This document shows, piece by piece, positions 59,543 to 64,000 of a DNA stretch of 64,000 nt. The DNA comes from Armatimonadota bacterium. GTDB taxonomy: Bacteria; Armatimonadota; SYMT01. The position numbers and the translations under genes are program-made. The notes beneath the pieces were generated by a model, which saw only the letters and a list, made by a program, of their open reading frames with translations, did not search any database and was not told the origin of the DNA. Location of the stretch: NCBI GenBank assembly GCA_041690135.1, contig JAWLHY010000001.1, positions 672,001-736,000 of the forward strand, in the 5' to 3' direction. Positions within the stretch are counted from its first letter, which is position 1; the number at the start of each line of letters is the position of its first letter.

Positions 59543-59821
59543 GCCGGCTTTTTTCACCACGGAGCCACAGAGGGCACACGGAGAAGGGGAACAGAGAAGT
59601 AAAGGCAAGTCGCGTTGCAGGACCGGAATGCGCTCTCCACAGGCCGCGGCATCATTTGCGAAATTCGTTGGGCCATGCAAGCAATCGTATCGCTGTTCGC
59701 TGACCATCATTGCGGGGTCGGCGAGGGGCAATCGGTTGGTTTCACAGGTATACTGTCCTGGGCTTGTGGGTGTCTCTCGTCTGACCCAGCGGCTACTGAC
59801 TGCTTGATAGAGGATGTGTGA

Positions 59822-60334
59822 ATGAAGACTTTTGCTCGATGGCTGATTACCGGCGTCGCGGTGCTGATCGCGACGGGGGCGAGCGCCGCCGAAGACGGTA
59901 AGAAGAAGCGGGGCCAGCTTCAGGCAAACCGCGCCGGCTGGATGCTGGGAATGTACGTGGGAGAGGAGCGTGGCCAGCCCTACCCCTTCGTGCTGGAAGT
60001 CGCTCCCAACAGCGAGGCCAAGATCAAGGGCATCCGGGCCGGCGACGAGTTGATCCGGCTCAACGATCAGGAAACCAGCCCGCTGAAAGAAGCCTTCGAG
60101 CGCGCGAACAAGCTGCGCCCCGGACGCTACGTGGACGTGTGGGTCCGCCGCGGGGTCCAGACCATCAAGGTGGAGCTGCGAGTTCCCAAAACGGCGAATG
60201 CCGCCGAGGATAGCGCGAACGCCAAGGAAAAGGACGAGAAGGACGGGGAAGACGCCGGCGACGAGAAGAAAAAGAAGAAGAAAAAGAAGCGCGGCCCCGT
60301 CGTGATCAAGCCGATCCCCGCTGAAGGCAACTGA
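59822..60334 (+). CDS. Exported PDZ domain protein with charged poly-Lys tail
   Basis: Signal peptide; VLEVAPNSEA..GIRAGDELIRLND. Confidence 0.8.
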   Translation: MKTFARWLITGVAVLIATGASAAEDGKKKRGQLQANRAGWMLGMYVGEERGQPYPFVLEVAPNSEAKIKGIRAGDELIRLNDQETSPLKEAFERANKLRPGRYVDVWVRRGVQTIKVELRVPKTANAAEDSANAKEKDEKDGEDAGDEKKKKKKKKRGPVVIKPIPAEGN

Positions 60335-60647
60335 TCGCGGTCGCTCCGGCGCGGACCCCTGCTGCTTCCGTTGACCTGGAAGGGGCATTGCGGAGTCCGG
60401 CCGTGAAGATGTGCCTGTGACGACAGCGTTCCCCGTCCTTATTACCAGTTAGTCCCCTCTCCCGCGGCAGCAGTAGAGGGGACTAACTGTCCTAGGGGTA
60501 GAACCGCGACCGGTGGTAGACGCCGTTCCCCCGCGTGCCGTCCTCAAATCCGCCATGACCGGTGACGGAGGATGGATCTGATACTCGGGAAGAACAGACG
60601 ACCCGGTGGTCCCGATCCCCACCCCTGACCCATAGCAAGAGTGAATC

Positions 60648-62087
60648 ATGCCAGTTGCGCGCCGCTCTCCCGCAGGTTTTCTCTCCCTCGGTCTCGTGCT
60701 TGCCGCCTCCGGATTGCTCTGCCGGGCCGGCTTTACGCAAGGGAAGGCGGCCGAGCGCCCGCCGAACGTGGTCCTCATCTTCGCGGATGACCTGGGCTAC
60801 GCGGACGTAGGGTGTTTCGGCGCCCAGGGATATAAAACGCCCCACCTGGACCGGCTGGCGAAGCAGGGAATGAAGTTCACCGACTTCTATGTGAGCCAGG
60901 CGGTCTGCTCCGCTTCGCGCGCCGCGCTCCTCACGGGCTGCTACTCCAACCGGGTCGGGATCCTGGGCGCACTTGGGCCCGGCGCGAAGACCGGCCTCAA
61001 TCCCGCCGAGACCACCCTCGCGGAGATGCTGCGGGACCGGGGGTATGCCACCGCCATGTTCGGGAAGTGGCACCTGGGCGACCACGAGAGTCTCCTGCCG
61101 CGGAAGCACGGCTTCGACGAGTACTTCGGCATCCCCTACTCCAACGACATGTGGCCGAACCACCCGACGAACAAGCGGTACCCGCCGCTTCCGCTGATCG
61201 AGAACGAGACGGTGCTCGAGCACAACCCGGACCAGACCCAGCTCACCACCGCAATCACAGAGCGCTCCGTCAAGTTCATCAACCGCAATCGCGAGCGGCC
61301 GTTCTTCCTCTACGTCCCCCACCCCATGCCGCATGTGCCGCTCTTCGTCTCCAAGAAGCACGCGGGCAAGACCAAGCGCGGGCTGTTCGGCGACGTGATC
61401 GAGGAGATCGACTGGTCCGTCGGCCAGATCACGGAGGCGCTCGAGAAGAACGGTCTCACGCGCAACACGCTGGTGATCTTCACCTCGGACAACGGACCGT
61501 GGCTCTCCTATGGTGACCATGCCGGTTCCGCGGGTCCCCTTCGGGAAGGCAAGGGCACCTCGTTTGAAGGCGGCGTGCGGGTCCCGGCCATCTTCCGTTG
61601 GCCCGGGCGGATCAAGCCCGGAACCGTCAGCCGGGAGCCGGCCATGACGATCGACGTGCTGCCCACCGTGGCCGGATTTACCGGGGCGTCCCTACCGAAG
61701 GACCGAACGATCGACGGGAAGGACCTGCGTCCCCTGCTCTCCCAGGAGAAGGGCGCGCGGAGCCCGCACGAAGCGCTTTACATCTACTGGGGCGGCCATC
61801 TGGATGCCGTGCGGAGCGGGAAGTGGAAGCTCCACCTTCCCCACGAATACCGCAGCCTGAAGGGCCAGCCCGGCTCCGGCGGACTGCCGGGTCCCTACGT
61901 TCAGAAGAAGATCGAACTCTCCCTGTTCGACCTGGAAGTCGACCCGGGAGAAACCAAAGATGTTGCCGCGGAGCATCCGGGCGTCGTCCAGCACATGCAG
62001 CAACTCGTCGAGCGCGCCCGCCAGGACCTGGGCGACACCGGCACCGCCCGCAAAGGCGCCGGCGTCCGTCCCCCCGCCCGTCTCTGA
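60648..62087 (+). CDS. Sulfatase (formylglycine-dependent arylsulfatase family)
   Basis: PNVVLIFADDLGY, CSASRAALLTG, GKWHLG, FTSDNGP, EGGVRVP. Confidence 0.96.
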   Translation: MPVARRSPAGFLSLGLVLAASGLLCRAGFTQGKAAERPPNVVLIFADDLGYADVGCFGAQGYKTPHLDRLAKQGMKFTDFYVSQAVCSASRAALLTGCYSNRVGILGALGPGAKTGLNPAETTLAEMLRDRGYATAMFGKWHLGDHESLLPRKHGFDEYFGIPYSNDMWPNHPTNKRYPPLPLIENETVLEHNPDQTQLTTAITERSVKFINRNRERPFFLYVPHPMPHVPLFVSKKHAGKTKRGLFGDVIEEIDWSVGQITEALEKNGLTRNTLVIFTSDNGPWLSYGDHAGSAGPLREGKGTSFEGGVRVPAIFRWPGRIKPGTVSREPAMTIDVLPTVAGFTGASLPKDRTIDGKDLRPLLSQEKGARSPHEALYIYWGGHLDAVRSGKWKLHLPHEYRSLKGQPGSGGLPGPYVQKKIELSLFDLEVDPGETKDVAAEHPGVVQHMQQLVERARQDLGDTGTARKGAGVRPPARL

Positions 62088-62317
62088 ACCACAAATCCCG
62101 GGTCATGTTGGGTTTGTCGCGCGTCCTATCGGTGGAAGAGGCTTCTGCGGAACCTCCTCCCGGCGAATATTCGTCAAAACGTTTGTTCGCCGGATCGCCG
62201 CCACCCTGGCAATCCCCGCTTCCCACTCCGCATGGAAAGCGGGGGTAGGGCATCCGCGACCGAGTCCGTACTCCGTACTCTGAACCGTAACTCAACCATC
62301 AGATAGGAAAGCAAAAA

Positions 62318-63232
62318 ATGAGCCGTATCTGTCGCCGTGGGACCTGGCTACCCCAGGTGGCGACGCTTCTGCTGTTCGCAACCGTTGCGCTCGTCGCACA
62401 GCCGGCGGAAAGCTCCCGAGACGCCACAAACCCCGGAGCCGTGAGCGCGCGTGCCTACCAGCCGCAGATCGGCGCGCCTGGGGCGCGGATCATCGTCGGT
62501 TGGAACCGGCCGAGCCGCGTGCCGAGCAGCTACGTCCGCGGATATGTCGTCTGGCGCAGTGACTTCTTCCAGCCGATCCAGCCGGTGGGCGGCGCGTTCG
62601 GCGATACGCTCCGCCAGTTCCTGGACACCGAGGCGACCCGGACCGTCACCATCTTCGACGGAACTCCGGGAGACGAGGCCGGAAGTCCCACTTCGGTCGG
62701 GCCGATTCCCGGTCTCCAGCCAGGTCAGCGCTACAGCTACCAGATCTCTGCCGCTTACGAAAACGGTCTTCAGGACCGGGACCGGGACGGGATGCCGGAC
62801 GTGGGCGATGAATACATGTCGCCGCTCTCCGTCAACACCCGGTATGTCACCGCGATCGCACCGCCCGTCCTGGCGTCGCTCAACGGCCGGCAGGCGGTCC
62901 ATGGCGTGCAGGTGGATCTTCAGGCGCTCACGATTGAGTGGCAGCAGACCCCGGGCGCGGACCGCTACGTGGTCTGGATCAGCCCCGATCCCACCTTCCG
63001 GCGCGGGAAGCTTGCGTTCAAAGTACCTCCCACGGTCCCGGTGGACCTGGGCGGTCCCGAAACGGTGGCGACCACGGTCAACGCCTTCCGTGGGAAGCTT
63101 CGCCGGTCGCAGCGGGTGTTCATTGCGGTAGGGGCGAGGAACTCCTATGATCCCAAGCCCAGGCCGTTCGGCGCCATCTTCAGCGCCCCGGTGCAGGCGG
63201 AAGTCGAGTTCACTCCTCCCCCGCCTCCCTAG
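62318..63232 (+). CDS. Secreted beta-sandwich (FN3-like) protein with Dx[DN]xDG loop and poly-Pro C-terminus
   Basis: RBS AGGA; signal peptide; GLQPGQRYSYQISA; DRDRDGMPD; ends PPPPP. Confidence 0.7.
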   Translation: MSRICRRGTWLPQVATLLLFATVALVAQPAESSRDATNPGAVSARAYQPQIGAPGARIIVGWNRPSRVPSSYVRGYVVWRSDFFQPIQPVGGAFGDTLRQFLDTEATRTVTIFDGTPGDEAGSPTSVGPIPGLQPGQRYSYQISAAYENGLQDRDRDGMPDVGDEYMSPLSVNTRYVTAIAPPVLASLNGRQAVHGVQVDLQALTIEWQQTPGADRYVVWISPDPTFRRGKLAFKVPPTVPVDLGGPETVATTVNAFRGKLRRSQRVFIAVGARNSYDPKPRPFGAIFSAPVQAEVEFTPPPPP

Positions 63233-63556
63233 GCTCCGTTCGTATGTGGGGAGTGGGATCTACCGATTCCTACTCCCCACCACCTGTGTCACTCGCGTCT
63301 TCCCCTTCCACCACTTGGAGATCCGGGGGACTCGGCATCACGATCCTCGGGAGCCAGAGCGTGCTTTTACGCGAGGCCGTGGCTGCGTACCCGGCGACCT
63401 TCCAGTCCGTGGGTACCCGACACATGCGCCGGAGCTACGAGCCGGTTCTCACCGAAAACTGAACTGCCCAGCCCTTTGATAAAGCTCGATACAGGTGGCC
63501 GGGATCTGCCACTTCCCGGCACAGGAAAACTGTGCCGCCCGGACCAATCTGGAACC

Positions 63557-64000
63557 ATGCTGGATCATCCGCTGGTCTTCATTCCGCTGATGGGCGTGGT
63601 GCTCTACGTCTCCGGGTTTCTCCACGAGGTCGGCCACGCTCTGGTGGGGCGGGTCTGCGGGTATACCCCCACCTCTCTGGGCATGGGGACGGGACACCCA
63701 TTCCTGGTGTTCGGCTGGAAGGGCATCCGGGTCTACCTGGCCCGGGCCCGGCCGCTGCAGGGGCTGGCGTTTCTGGTGCATCCCGCCATCATCCCCGACC
63801 GCAGGTCGGCCGCTCTCACGATGGGCGGCGGCATTTTCGCCAACGCCCTCCTGTGCGGACTCTTCCTCGCGCTGGCTGACCTGCTGCCGGTGGGGGAGAA
63901 TCTCTGGCGGGGTTCCGCCGCGCTGAACGGGCTCCTGGCCACGATCAACCTCGTGCCGATGGCGGTGCGGGTCGGCAGCACGATCCTGCGGTCGGATGGA
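63557..64000 (+). CDS. Site-2 protease (M50 family), truncated by window end
   Basis: Own translation MLDHPLVFIP...FLHEVGHAL...GGIFAN...INLVP...SDG (HExxH and NxxPxxxxDG motifs). Confidence 0.88.
   Translation, partial: MLDHPLVFIPLMGVVLYVSGFLHEVGHALVGRVCGYTPTSLGMGTGHPFLVFGWKGIRVYLARARPLQGLAFLVHPAIIPDRRSAALTMGGGIFANALLCGLFLALADLLPVGENLWRGSAALNGLLATINLVPMAVRVGSTILRSDG

Noticed and set aside
63244-63462. 72-aa ORF after the FN3-like gene
   Set aside because: No RBS or motif; insufficient support.

Overview
GC-rich bacterial chromosomal window. The DUF1501 genes, sulfatase, tricorn-type S41 protease and gene style suggest Armatimonadota or a PVC-like lineage (inference only). In order it holds: a self-contained sigma-54 module (hybrid kinase, rpoN, NtrC-type activator); a complete pimelate-type biotin operon (bioB-bioW-bioA-bioF-bioD); a REP/palindrome-rich spacer; mixed metabolic and envelope genes; tRNA-Arg(CCT) and tRNA-Val(GAC); a collapsed ackA pseudogene next to yceD; a ~10 kb more AT-rich island of short immunity-like or hypothetical ORFs ending at a tyrosine recombinase; a MoxR-associated locus; RNase P RNA; and hydrolase genes. 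Two observations stand out. (1) The membrane-anchored coiled-coil gene before moxR is split only by an in-frame UGA (C-SKAGGT-U) followed by a bacterial-SECIS-like hairpin, making it a candidate new selenoprotein. (2) The island has a repeated ~250-290 bp non-coding leader fused to unrelated genes, plus 12-6-12 recombination-site-like motifs shared with the recombinase upstream region, making it a candidate cassette capture or shuffling system. All family assignments come from motif recognition by eye, not database searches.
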